Assembly: GCA_946965045.2 (NCBI GenBank)
Contig: OX337237.1
Coordinates: 1,426,001-1,490,000, forward strand
Length of the DNA: 64,000 bases
Source of the DNA: Epithemia pelagica
Taxonomy: Eukaryota; Protista; Bacillariophyta
Direction: 5' to 3'
The notes under the pieces: model-generated
The model's input: only the letters and a program-made list of their open reading frames with translations
What the model was told of the DNA's origin: nothing
Databases searched by the model: none
Part shown: positions 1 to 11,036 of the stretch, piece after piece
Position numbering within the stretch: position 1 is the first letter of the stretch
Layout of the letters: every line of letters begins with the position of its first letter
Translations under genes and position numbers: made by a program

Positions 1-1095
1 TCGTAATTCAACAAGCCCGGTGAGGTGACAATCGGACCATATTGAAGGACCGGCAAGTGAAAGTCTTGTGGCTGAAGAGTCAAGTTTTTGTACTCATAGG
101 ATTCGGGTGGAATGGGTTGAATCGTGGGAGAAATAACCGTGTCGTAAGGCGGAGAAACAAAGGGAGAGTCGGCTCCAAACTGCAAAAGACAAAAAAGGGT
201 CCAAGAAGAACAAGAGAGAGAGAGAGTTTGAGTGTTTGTTGGAGATTCCATGGTTCCGTGATTTGACGACGACGACGACGACTACAACCAATCGACATGC
301 TTTGCTTGGTCCACCCTGCGCTTTTGCATGAACGTACCGTATCGGTGAGAATGTCGCTCATGCCCTCGTTAAACTTGAGATTCCATTCGGCGACTTGGCT
401 GGGAATGCGAACAATGGGGGCAAAGACAATGAGTTCGGCACCCGACAAGGTGGCCAGTTCTTGAGTTCTCGTCAGAAAGTGCGGCAAGGTGATGCATGGC
501 CAGGTTTCATTTAGTTTGAGCGACAAGGAGGTGATGCTGGTGGAAAGGGTTTGCAATTGTCGTGTAATGGTCAAGGCTCGTTCGTTGGCACCATTCACCA
601 AATCGTTGGCAAAGACCATAAACTAAAGTAACAAACAAGTATTATGAGTTGAATGGTTCGAAGAACAAATTAGAGTTTCAAATGAGATTGCCAGTCTCAA
701 CACAACAACAACAAGAGACAAGATACCAAACTCACCTCAAATGTATTGTCGTCGATTTCATCTTCGCGTACAAAGTAAAAGGCAATGGCGGAAGTCACGA
801 TAGCGAAAATGGTTAGAATGACATAGACAAGTATCTTGGATCTCCATACGGCCTTGGTTTCCGAAGTGGCTATTTGAGGATCTGAAGACTTGGTCGTAGT
901 AGATGTCTTTTTGTCGTTGGTCGTAGAGGCTGCCTTGGGCTTGTGGAGGCTTGCATCGTATTCATCGTCGTCGTCGTCGTCGTCATCTTCGTCGTCGTTG
1001 GTCCAATCATGACCATTGTCTGAATCGTCAATCATCATGAGCATGGTCGGATCGACACCCTTGTCGGGGCGCTTCTTCTTGAGCATGTTCATCAT
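1..1095 (-). CDS. Membrane-anchored receptor-type (guanylate/adenylate cyclase or PDE-like) protein, N-terminal sensor part; runs off the window start
   Basis: Three exons join in phase 0 with GT-AG introns: 1095-736, 622-338, 179-<1. Acidic N-tail, then 'SETKAVWRSKILVYVILTIFAIVTSAIAFYF' (TM), 'WPCITLPHF...SGAELIVFAPIV' and 'FHLPVLQYGP...LLNYD'. These resemble the extracellular domain of diatom gcy-like receptors. The catalytic domain is not in the window, so the family call is inference. Confidence 0.65.
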
Positions 1096-1633
1096 GGTGC
1101 CGGCAATGCAATGTCGAGATGAACGAACTGGGCGTGCACGTGGACGTGACCAAGGTTCGTGTGGGAGCATGCCACGTTGTGACAAAGCCACGCGGATCGG
1201 AAGCACCACCACCAAACGACGACAAAGTACCAGTACCCCGAGAGGGAGGAGGATGCCATCCTCCCGCCACGGTCCACCAGGAACGATGAACGAACAAATC
1301 ACACTTGCTTGTGCAGGAACCACGGGATGGTGCAGAGTTTGTCGTCGGGCATGCTTGTATGTCGTTGGGGACTACGGGGGGAACAAAAGGGCTTACTTCG
1401 GAGGAACTTCACCCCATAGTCACTCTATCCGCCGAACTTCCCAGTATGCGAAGTGGTTGGGCTATTGGAACTTCGAGTCCCAAGAAGCTCGCGGGGCCCA
1501 CGCATTCAAAGTTGATTTATTGGCATAGAGAATGACACGGAAAGGCGCTTCCGCATGCTATAGTAACTACTATCGGATGGACTCGGTCACCCGGAATTGC
1601 AGTTCGGGTATGACAATGTACGTAGGATTTAAA

Positions 1634-2226
1634 AGGTTGGACCCGAGCTCAAATCGATGCGGGTAGGCTACCCGCGCATCCCAGGCTTTGCGTGTCCAAA
1701 TATCAGCGTGTTCCGCAGTTCCGCACTCTATCAGATACATAGTGACTTGGTGTATGGAAGTTTCAATATACTCCTACATACTTTATAGTTGATAGTTAGT
1801 TCTTGTCACTGAAAGATATAGTCCCAGTTTGGTGCAAGAAATGAATGTCGTCAACATTCCCTGGGTCAGCAACAGATGTTTTTCTTGATTGTGGCTTGGC
1901 ACATGCTGAAACAAGCACTACACTGTCATCGGATGATGTGTCATCGGATGCTGTGTCTTCAAGCTCCATCTTTGGACAATCCATGGGGCAAAGTTCTGTG
2001 ACAAGCCTCCCCACACCACTTGCTACGGGTTACAGGGTACAGGGTCGATCGGTGGTTGCGAGGAGAGAGATCTGGCGACAGCAAATAATGGCATAGACGT
2101 CGCCTTTACTTTGCTTAGGTGCGGGTAGTGCGGGTCGGATCAGCCAGTCTCTTTCGTTGCGGTGCCAGGGATCCGCACCGCGGATCCGCGGATCCGATCC
2201 GCAGCACCACGGTGCGGGTCCAACCT
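1634..2226. mobile_element. MITE-like element, family A copy 1, with a long captured interior
   Basis: Perfect 12-bp TIR AGGTTGGACCCG (1634-1645) / CGGGTCCAACCT (2215-2226). Both subterminal regions align with 8308-8596. TSD is unclear. Confidence 0.7.
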
Positions 2227-2718
2227 CTAGTATGATTGAAAATCGTTCCACAAATCACGAAAAGAAAAAAAGAGATCAGAAATCAGAACCCAAACTAACA
2301 AAGCGCCTCACTGACTGATCATCATGAAACCGAGTACCCCTACGGCCAGTGCGCCCTATTGTTTTCTTTCGACCTAGAGAGCAGAAGTTACGCAGCTCAT
2401 ATTATCATAGTCGATGGAGATGGAGGAGAGGTGGTGCCCGTGGGTTCTTGTTTCAGCTCTTGGGAAGAAGGCGTTGGGCCATGCCAGTAGACCCTAGCTA
2501 GAGGGACATGCAACCACACGACGGGTGTGCAGTCTAGCATGTACGAGCGGAAACACGCAAACCACACGTAGAGCAACGCACACTACCTTTCATTCAATAT
2601 TATGATCCCATCTCTTTCTCAAATGCCAGATGCCCGCCAATCGTCATGACCGGACTTCCAGTCTTCTACCTAGAGGCCTTTAGACCTATAATCTCGCAGT
2701 ACTCGTTACTCATGAACT

Positions 2719-2999
2719 TGCTAGAACACTTTAAGACTGGCCTATTAGGTTTTGCTTTTCCCAAACTTATGATCTTGTTACTAATATTTTGTTTTCGTTA
2801 TCCTAATCGTATTCTGTGTTTGTTTGTGTCCCCGTGGGAGTAAGACCTATTTCGACTCCCATTCATTTGACCTGATCCCGTACATAGTTTCCCCAGTAGT
2901 CGAATCCCAAGGCGCTAATCCCGACCGTTATAGAGGCCACAGCGCTAATCCCGACCGTTATAAGGGCGACCATCAGTCAGGCCACAATAGGTTCCAACA
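2719..2999 (-). repeat. 3' LTR of copia element 1
   Basis: Direct repeat of 7723-8003 with one difference seen (T2867 vs C7871). Contains an internal ~30-bp tandem duplication (gcgctaatcccgaccgttata x2). Confidence 0.97.
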
Positions 3000-3009
3000 C
3001 CCTCCCCTT
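3000..3009 (-). promoter_or_regulatory. Polypurine tract of copia element 1
   Basis: AAGGGGAGGG on the minus strand, immediately 5' of the 3' LTR. Confidence 0.9.
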
Positions 3010-3019
3010 GTGGCTGACT

Positions 3020-6000
3020 TCAATCGGCCACAAAGACCAACCCATGACGAAGAAAGGTGGGACAATCAAGATTCTTGGTGAAGAGGTCCGCAGAATTGTC
3101 GTCAGTGCTGATCCAGTTGCATTTGAGAATTCCTTCTTCCTTGAGTTCTCGAAGGAAGAACATTCGGACATCAATGTGACGTGTCCGACCACCAACTGCC
3201 CACGAATTGATGATATCTTTTCCCCCTTTGTTGTCCATTTCAAGTAGCATGGGTAGTTTCACCTTAAGCCCCATGCTGAGAATAATTTGCCGAGCGAACA
3301 ACATCGTCTGCACACAGTCCACAGCAGCCACCAATTCGGCTTCCGTAACGCTCAGGGTTATGATGCTCTGAGTCTTGCTTTTCGTTTGAATAGGTGCACC
3401 GTTGAGAAACACCGAAATTCCACTAACACTCTTGCGATCGTGCTGTTTCGCGTAGTCACTGTCTGAACGGCCGCTGATCTCAAACTCGTAATCGGCTGTT
3501 CCATCCCACTGTCCCTCTGGTTTTAGCAAAAGACCGCGCTGTTTGGTTGAGACGCAGTATTCCATCAAGCGGCGCATTGCCTTGTCATGCGCAAGAGAAG
3601 GTTCCTGCATGAACCGACTCAAATCTCGAACGGCATTTGAAATGTCAGGGCGACTCCATTTCATTAAGTACAACAGTTTCCCAATCCCGGACCGAACTCG
3701 AAATGTGCCCTTAGCATCCAAACGCGAACTCTCATCACCAGGTTGTAGTGTACTGTGCGGTACAGCAGGTGTTTTCGATGTACCCTCCCCCACTCCAAAT
3801 TCGTCCCCAAAGCTGCGAAGAAGAACTGGTTGGGTAATTTTGACTGTGCGTTGTTCAGTACAAAATTCAATCTTGGCCCCCAAATATTCATCCAACGGTC
3901 CAATATCATCAACATCAACCTTTCCCTTGAAGATTTCACGGAAATGCATAACTCCGTCTTTATTCCCCATCAGAATCATATCGTCAATGTAGGACAGAAA
4001 CAAGATAAGCCCAAATTGCGTCCAAGCAAAATACAAGCAAGGGTCGGCTTTGCTGCGATCAAAGCCCATACTCTGCATCAATTTCAACAGAAATTCCCAA
4101 AACATCTTAGCGGCTTGCTTGCATCCATAGAGCGTCTTCAACAGAAGCAACAACCAACCGTAGGGATAGAATTTCTCAAAACCTCTTGGGATTTCCATTG
4201 CAACTTTGTGTTGCGTGCGAAAACCACATTTTAGAAAAGCCCCTTTTACGTCCATTAAATGGGCGTACCACCCAGCCAAAATCATCATCACAAAGGCAAT
4301 TTTCACGGTGAGTTCGTTGACCACCGGTGCGAATAAATCATCACGATCGTACGACACTCCTTCGCGTTGTTTGAAACCCCGAGCTGCCAAACGAGCGCGA
4401 TATTTTCCACTGGCCTTCTTCTTCATAGACCAGGTCGAATCGATGATGTCGCAATTGGGAGGCAAATCTTCTTTCCGAATGGGCACCCATACGCCACAAT
4501 CAATCATGCGTTGGTGTTCTTCATCAACTGACTTGACCCATGCGTCCTTATCAGCTTGGGCCATTGCCTCATCGAAGGTCATCACCTTGAGCTCTTTTGT
4601 ATTCGTGATGCCTTGCCCCAATCCGGCACCCACCATGGCCAATTCTTCATCCAGGAAGCTGTCGGCATCAGAGTCCAATGCCTGAAGGGCATGGTAGTAA
4701 TTCTGTTCGGCTTTGGACAACACGGCTTGTCCAATTTCAGCAATCAACCGTTGTGGTGCTCGTATGGTACGACCTGTTCGTGTCGTCCTTGTTTCATCAG
4801 GCTCCGGAATCACAATATTCCGCACTGGAGCCGTGGATTCGTCATTGCCTGTGCTCATGTTCACCTCAGGCATCGGATCATCTGGTTCATCTTCATTGTT
4901 GGAGTTGTTGTCGTTCGCATCGCCGTCGTTTCCGTCATGGTCGTCTTGGCCATGGTTTTCGCGACCATTTCCGCGACCCTCCCCGTGATTCGATGCAGCC
5001 TCAGCATCCACGACTGGATTGGTTTGTAGTTCCTTGGCATTAGGTGGTTTCTTGTAGTATAGCCGCTTTAGCCAAGTCACGTCGCGTGATTCCCGAACAC
5101 GACCCGTTTTAGGATCAAACATCCGATAACAGTCACCCGGATGATCACGTGCGTACCCAACGAAGAAACAATGTACACCTTTGTCCATTAATTTCGGGGA
5201 ATTTTTAGTCTTGATCTTGACCGTTCCAGCTTCCCCCCATACTCGCAAGTGTTTCGCGAACGTTGGCACTTTCCCCCAAATGTGTTCGTATCGAGTCGCA
5301 GATCTTCCCCCATGATCCACAACAACCAAGCCGTCCAAAAGCGTTGCCGTCATGCAAGCTTCGTGCCACAACTTGAAGCGGATTTCGATGGGGATATTAG
5401 CACGGTGCATCATCGCACGTGCTCGATTCATCACGGTAGCAAATCCCACCTCAGCGATAGAGTTCTGCTGGGGTGTATCACGGGCAGTGAACTCGAAATG
5501 GATTCCAAGCTGCCACTTTTCATTTTGACACCGTTTCTGCAAGGCCTTGTTCTCGCCTGCATTGTCCAACCGAAGGTGAGTGATGGACACACCATGTTGT
5601 TTCATCAATGCCATTTTCTCACATGTGTCCTCTGGCATCTCATCTTTGGTATCATAGAACTCGGAAAGCTTGAGCTGGACTTTCGGATGGACCACCAAGA
5701 TCCTCCACTGCGGCTTCGACGGAATTGGCATGTTTGGCTTCTTCTTGATTGAAGCCATGTCAAGGTAAGCACGAAGTTGTTTCTCGTCATCGTGTTCCCT
5801 GTCATCTTCTCCGTTCTCATTTCGCGGCAAGTTCTTCTGTTTTGCCTTTCCAGCTGCACAAGCTGCACATTTTGGCATCGTTGTCTTGGTAAGTTTCCAT
5901 CCAAGTTTCTTGGCTGTTTCGATTACTGCTTTCTCTCCGATGTGACCCAGTTTCTCATGAGCCTGTTCCATTGTCATTTTGATTTGCTCTTCACTTGTCG

Positions 6001-7687
6001 CTGCGTTTCCCAACTCGGTCCTTTCAAAATACGCGGCAAAAATCACTCCCTTGGGCGTTTGGATCTTGATATCGAAGATGATTTCCTGCCCATTCTTGGT
6101 AAGTCGGATTGACTGTTTGTCTCCTTCCAATTTCCATCCACTCATCTGCATTTTCGTGATGCTGAACAGGTTGAATCCACCGCTTGGAACCACGCTGACA
6201 TCTTGCATCTTCACACGGTTGAGCGCGTTCCCATTCTTGTCGTGCAACACTCCAGGTAAGTTGCCAACTTCCACGACCTTTTCTGTTTTATTGTTGCCCA
6301 TGGTGATCCCTTTCTCATCATGTTGTTTCTTGACATCAACCATTCCAACGCGAAACGGAGTCATATGCGTCGTCGCTCCTGTGTCTGCGATCCATACGTT
6401 CGGATCTGTCAGGAGACTTTGGATGGCTGGGAATTCCATTTCCTTGGCCATACCGGCACAGCAGATCTCCTTGTCCACTTCTTCTTTGCCATCTGACACA
6501 ACAACCAACGAGTCGTCAATGCTTTCATCGTCCTCTTCACCCAACAAACTGATCCAATCGAGGTCTTCATCGTCGTCTCTTGTCTCTTCGTCGTCGGTGT
6601 CGCTCACGATCTCGTGATCGAGTACCGAATCAGGGAGTTCTTCATATTCGTTGTGATCGTCCTCGTCATCGGTATCCAACCATACCATGTTCCGAGGGAT
6701 CATTGGTGGTAAGTCGACCGCACAAGTGATGATTTCAACGCTGCCTTCGACATCCGTCTCACCACTGTCCTTTGCCACTTTGCCATGCTCCTCGACCTTG
6801 TACCATTCGGGCCTCTTGTCTTTGTTTTCGGGTTTTATCCAGCAGTCTGCTGCCTTGTGCCCAACCTTTCCGCAATGATGGCACTTGCCCTTGAATTTGT
6901 AAGTCTTCTTACCGTCACCTTTCCCACTTTTCTTGCTTGACTTTGACTTTCCTGACGTTGAACCTTGTTTGTCTCCAGCTGCGAGACCAATCTCGTTGTC
7001 TTCGTCTCCGTCGTCTTGGAGGAAATTCTTGGTGCGTTGACCATAAAGTGCGCGCCAGTGCAACCGCATAACGTCTTCGATGTGGTCCGACGTCAATGCT
7101 GCACCCTGCTGGCGTTGCTCGGACACAATAATCGACTGGTATTCTCGCGGAGCTGCTTCAATCGCGATCGCAATTTTCTCCTCATCATCAATCGACACGT
7201 TGAACATATTTTCAATCTGCCCAATTTGGCTGAACAGAGTAGTCGGATCTTCTTTCTTCGTCATTGCCACTTTACCCAACAACCGTCGCATTTCAATCTT
7301 CGATACAGTGTCAGTCGGCTTGAATCTCTTGTGCAATGCAGCAATCACCTTCCAGGCCAAACCATCGGGCCATTCATCCGTCTGAGCTTCAGTCAACATT
7401 CGGATCATTTGAGGGCTCGTCATCGCAAGGTTCAAGGCGCAAAAGGCTGCCGCATTCTTCTTCTTAGCCAAAGCTTGTTTTCCTGCCACTGTTGTATCGG
7501 TATCAAGAGGTGAATCGTCCCGCAAAGGCAAGTCAGTGTCAGGCCCATCTTTGCTGATCGCCGACTTGAATCCATGCGCCACTGCATATGAACGAAAGTT
7601 CATGAACCAAACTTGGAAATTTTCGTGCTTTCCATCGAACGTCTGCAAACGTAGATGCTTTAGTGATAAGTCGTCTACCGTAGCCAT
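3020..7687 (-). CDS. Copia gag-pol polyprotein
   Basis: Likely ATG at 7687 (MATVDD). Motifs: CCHC knuckle CHHCGKVGHKAADC; protease WIADTGATTHM; IN HHCC (HEKLGH...CAAC) and D-D-E (YLDM, RLDNAGE, SIAEV); RT KARLAARGF, MDVKGAFL, LYGCKQAA, YIDD; RNase H DSDYA, TEAE, EMDN, ADLFTK. The PR-IN-RT-RH order defines copia. Confidence 0.97.
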   Translation of the reverse strand: MATVDDLSLKHLRLQTFDGKHENFQVWFMNFRSYAVAHGFKSAISKDGPDTDLPLRDDSPLDTDTTVAGKQALAKKKNAAAFCALNLAMTSPQMIRMLTEAQTDEWPDGLAWKVIAALHKRFKPTDTVSKIEMRRLLGKVAMTKKEDPTTLFSQIGQIENMFNVSIDDEEKIAIAIEAAPREYQSIIVSEQRQQGAALTSDHIEDVMRLHWRALYGQRTKNFLQDDGDEDNEIGLAAGDKQGSTSGKSKSSKKSGKGDGKKTYKFKGKCHHCGKVGHKAADCWIKPENKDKRPEWYKVEEHGKVAKDSGETDVEGSVEIITCAVDLPPMIPRNMVWLDTDDEDDHNEYEELPDSVLDHEIVSDTDDEETRDDDEDLDWISLLGEEDDESIDDSLVVVSDGKEEVDKEICCAGMAKEMEFPAIQSLLTDPNVWIADTGATTHMTPFRVGMVDVKKQHDEKGITMGNNKTEKVVEVGNLPGVLHDKNGNALNRVKMQDVSVVPSGGFNLFSITKMQMSGWKLEGDKQSIRLTKNGQEIIFDIKIQTPKGVIFAAYFERTELGNAATSEEQIKMTMEQAHEKLGHIGEKAVIETAKKLGWKLTKTTMPKCAACAAGKAKQKNLPRNENGEDDREHDDEKQLRAYLDMASIKKKPNMPIPSKPQWRILVVHPKVQLKLSEFYDTKDEMPEDTCEKMALMKQHGVSITHLRLDNAGENKALQKRCQNEKWQLGIHFEFTARDTPQQNSIAEVGFATVMNRARAMMHRANIPIEIRFKLWHEACMTATLLDGLVVVDHGGRSATRYEHIWGKVPTFAKHLRVWGEAGTVKIKTKNSPKLMDKGVHCFFVGYARDHPGDCYRMFDPKTGRVRESRDVTWLKRLYYKKPPNAKELQTNPVVDAEAASNHGEGRGNGRENHGQDDHDGNDGDANDNNSNNEDEPDDPMPEVNMSTGNDESTAPVRNIVIPEPDETRTTRTGRTIRAPQRLIAEIGQAVLSKAEQNYYHALQALDSDADSFLDEELAMVGAGLGQGITNTKELKVMTFDEAMAQADKDAWVKSVDEEHQRMIDCGVWVPIRKEDLPPNCDIIDSTWSMKKKASGKYRARLAARGFKQREGVSYDRDDLFAPVVNELTVKIAFVMMILAGWYAHLMDVKGAFLKCGFRTQHKVAMEIPRGFEKFYPYGWLLLLLKTLYGCKQAAKMFWEFLLKLMQSMGFDRSKADPCLYFAWTQFGLILFLSYIDDMILMGNKDGVMHFREIFKGKVDVDDIGPLDEYLGAKIEFCTEQRTVKITQPVLLRSFGDEFGVGEGTSKTPAVPHSTLQPGDESSRLDAKGTFRVRSGIGKLLYLMKWSRPDISNAVRDLSRFMQEPSLAHDKAMRRLMEYCVSTKQRGLLLKPEGQWDGTADYEFEISGRSDSDYAKQHDRKSVSGISVFLNGAPIQTKSKTQSIITLSVTEAELVAAVDCVQTMLFARQIILSMGLKVKLPMLLEMDNKGGKDIINSWAVGGRTRHIDVRMFFLRELKEEGILKCNWISTDDNSADLFTKNLDCPTFLRHGLVFVAD

Positions 7688-7722
7688 TGTTGTCTCGAGC
7701 GATCTCCTTTCGCTTCGAAGCG

Positions 7723-8003
7723 TGCTAGAACACTTTAAGACTGGCCTATTAGGTTTTGCTTTTCCCAAACTTATGATCTTGTTACTAATATTTTGTTTTC
7801 GTTATCCTAATCGTATTCTGTGTTTGTTTGTGTCCCCGTGGGAGTAAGACCTATTTCGACTCCCATTCATCTGACCTGATCCCGTACATAGTTTCCCCAG
7901 TAGTCGAATCCCAAGGCGCTAATCCCGACCGTTATAGAGGCCACAGCGCTAATCCCGACCGTTATAAGGGCGACCATCAGTCAGGCCACAATAGGTTCCA
8001 ACA
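7723..8003 (-). repeat. 5' LTR of copia element 1
   Basis: Direct repeat of 2719-2999, followed by TSD GAACT. Confidence 0.97.
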
Positions 8004-8307
8004 GAACTCTCGACTCTCGAGATAGAGACTAGAGATATCCGGAATGTCCACACATGATTGATCATCGTATATTACGAGTAGATGAATGATGATGATATGT
8101 TAATTACAAGTTGTGCAATGATGTGCAATATTATTATTCTACGCCAGATCCAGACACCCACTTGCCATTGCCAATTGCCAAACACCAAACATACGTACTA
8201 CAACGTACTACGTACTGTATGCACTCGGTAGGACTACTCACTACTCCTACCCCTCCTCTCTCGTCTCAACTCGTAACGGGATAAGGATACGGGAAGCTAC
8301 TAGGTAG

Positions 8308-8596
8308 AGGTTGCTACCGCGAGCTCAAATCGATGCGGGTAGGGTTTGCGCGAATCTCAGCCTTTGCGGGTCCATATACCAGCGTGTTTCGCAGCTACGC
8401 ACTACTATTGGATTTTATGTACGCTGCATAAATATGACGTACGGGCGGTCAGACCTACAAATCATGCACCCCGCCTTTACTGTGCGTAGGTGCGAGTATC
8501 GCGGATCGGACCCGCCAGTCTCTTTCGTTGCGGTGCCAAGGATCATCACCGCTGATCCGCGGATCGGATCCGCAGCACCGCGGCGCGGTAACAACT
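8308..8596. mobile_element. MITE-like element, family A copy 2, short interior
   Basis: Shares 'gagctcaaatcgatgcgggtagg...' and 'cgcctttact...gccagtctctttcgttgcggtgcca...gatccgcagcacc' with 1634-2226. Imperfect TIR AGGTTGCTACCGCG / CGCGGTAACAACT. Confidence 0.65.
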
Positions 8597-11036
8597 AACA
8601 ACCACCAGAAGCTACACAGACTACGACCATGTCCTACTATAATCACCAGTGTGCTCCTCAGAGACAATGACTACACTAGACAATATAATAATAATGTACT
8701 ATTATGATCTCACACTGGAATTCTGACAGGGTAGGGGAGCTTTTGTGTTCATAGTTCGTTGGGCTTACATTCATTATTTAAGACTGGTTCCATTGTGGGC
8801 ACGGATATTTCAGAGGGGTCCCAATTTGAGTTCGTTACATAGATCAACTCGTCTTTGAATGCTCTTTCGATTGGTTCAATATATGCCTCGCGAAATTAAG
8901 ATATACACTTTGAAATATTGGGCTAAAGTATGGCCGGCAAAATTTTAGTATTCAAAACCCTAATGTGAGATGTGCTAAAAGGTACGTAAACACGGTACTG
9001 CAGTCGCGCACGTGAATGACAATAGGGGTATATCGCGCGCATACCGCGCAAAACTTTCAAGCTTGATTTCTCGAAAAGTGGATTTTTCAAATATCCCTGG
9101 TGACGATGGAATCAGTCTTATTTTCACGACTAGCCTTTTGATCACGGAAAGGATCAAAGAAGGAAACCCAGAAACACGACACACATACGAGCTCGGCCGG
9201 ACTGAAAAATCGACCGTAGTAGCCCGTGCTTTTCATGCCCTCACTGTTTTTTCTACAGTGATTCTAGCTTCGTAGGGAGACCACCACGGTCATTTTGCAC
9301 TGCGTAACACCACCATGGCACACTCAAGCCGGTGTGCACCTCCAACGAAAGGTGCTGGCACTCCTCTGAACATCACGGAGTCTTCCAAATCCATTGTACC
9401 GTGAACGGTGGAAAGGGCGGCGATGGGTTGGCTTGTTTGTTGGACCTACGGCAAGGTTGTTTGAAGTCTTCCATTTTTGGCATCCGCAACATGGGAAGAG
9501 AAGAAGAAGACGACGACGACGACAATCGATAGAATGTGTTCAGAGATTCACCCATCATACCTCCACACGCAACAATCAACTTCTCGTCATCAAGTGGTCC
9601 GAACACAACAATCGAAAGCCTCGTCCGTTGGTGGCCAAACGCAACAAAAGACTGATTTGTCCAAACAAACCAAATGCAACCGTGGGTGGAAGGACTGCTT
9701 CTACTGCCACCGATGATGGTGGTGCCGGTGGTACGGCTGCTCCCGACAACACAGTTCGAGAGAAAGAAGAAGGATTGGACGCCATGGAGCTGTGGTGGCG
9801 GTGGTTGAAGAGCCTTGCTAGCAGTAAACTGTTTGGCACGTTGATGAGCGGCAACAACGACAAAGAATGGATGACTGATGGCTGTTCCCGAGGCTGTACT
9901 GGACCTATGAACCCAACAATAAACTACTGAAAGGCAGTTGGATGGTGCAACAATGGAGGGAGACTTCCCTTCACTCTTTGGCAGCCGCCTCGGCCGATGT
10001 CGACACAACCAGAACAGGATGGAGAATCACGACGACAAAACCAACAACCACAACGACCGAGCCATCGGATGGTGATGATGATACGACACCCACAACCATG
10101 ACCACATGCACAACCAAGTACATGTAACCAATTGGTTTTGGCCTCGCGTAGCAGTGCATGTCCCCATCATAACAATCAACTGGTTGGTTCGGCCAATCCG
10201 GGGCCACGATAATGACAATGACACCAAACGCAACAATCACCAACTGCCCTCCATCTCTGTCTCTTTTAGTTCTACGGTTCCACAACAAGCGCAACAATCA
10301 ACTCCTTGTTTTGGCCGAAAGAGACAATCCGGTGCCACGACAACGGCGCCAAACGCAACAATCAACTCCTCGTTTCGGCCGAGTTTTACAATCCCCTATA
10401 ACATCGACGACAAGCAGCAGTGGTGGTGGTAACATAATATAGCTTTATCATTAGGAAGCAGTTTGTACATTTTGCACTAGTATGATCGTTGTTTTACTAC
10501 TCGTACAGGAAGGGTAATCGCAGACTCGTCTCATGGTGAGAGGTTTCATCGGTACAAGGTAACCTTACAAGAATCAACCGTGGATGAGGGGCAATTCATT
10601 TTACTGTAGGAAAATGTATGGTGTAGTGAATCTCGTTGGGCGGAAGTCTCACCAGTTGGTGAAGCAGGGGCTACTACGGTCGATTTTTCAGTCCGGCGGA
10701 GCTCGTACGAGTAGCGAACATGATTATTTATCTACAAAAAAGGATGATTGGAAGCATCCTTCTCGCCCATCATGTCAACTGTCAACATGTCAATGTCAAG
10801 TGGGTCAAGGCATTACGTCGTCCGACCTATTGTAGCAGCTGCCGCCACATCGTGAGCATGACCTATGACCCTGAGCCAACGACAGCCAACCCACTCGAGA
10901 TTCGGAGCCGTCGTTCAAGGTTCAAGGCTTGGAAATGAAGATGATGGATCTCATATCCGGAAACGAACATCGGATTGACTTTTGGGAAACTGCCCCTTGA
11001 AACTTGACTTGTCGTTGTTCCAACAAAAACTGGGCT

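Larger units (their letters stand above)
2719..8003 (-). mobile_element. Full-length Ty1/copia LTR retrotransposon
   Basis: 281-bp TG...CA LTRs at 2719-2999 and 7723-8003; 5-bp TSD GAACT at 2714-2718 and 8004-8008; PPT; single uninterrupted gag-PR-IN-RT-RH ORF. Confidence 0.97.

Noticed and set aside
7688-7768. ORF-track starts at 7768 (gag-pol), 18637 (transposase), 55272 and 55991
   Set aside because: They lie inside the LTR, outside the TIR, or are non-ATG codons. Downstream ATGs were used instead.
8991-9260. Possible MITE (CACGGTA…TACAGTG)
   Set aside because: Only a 7-bp imperfect terminal match and no TSD.
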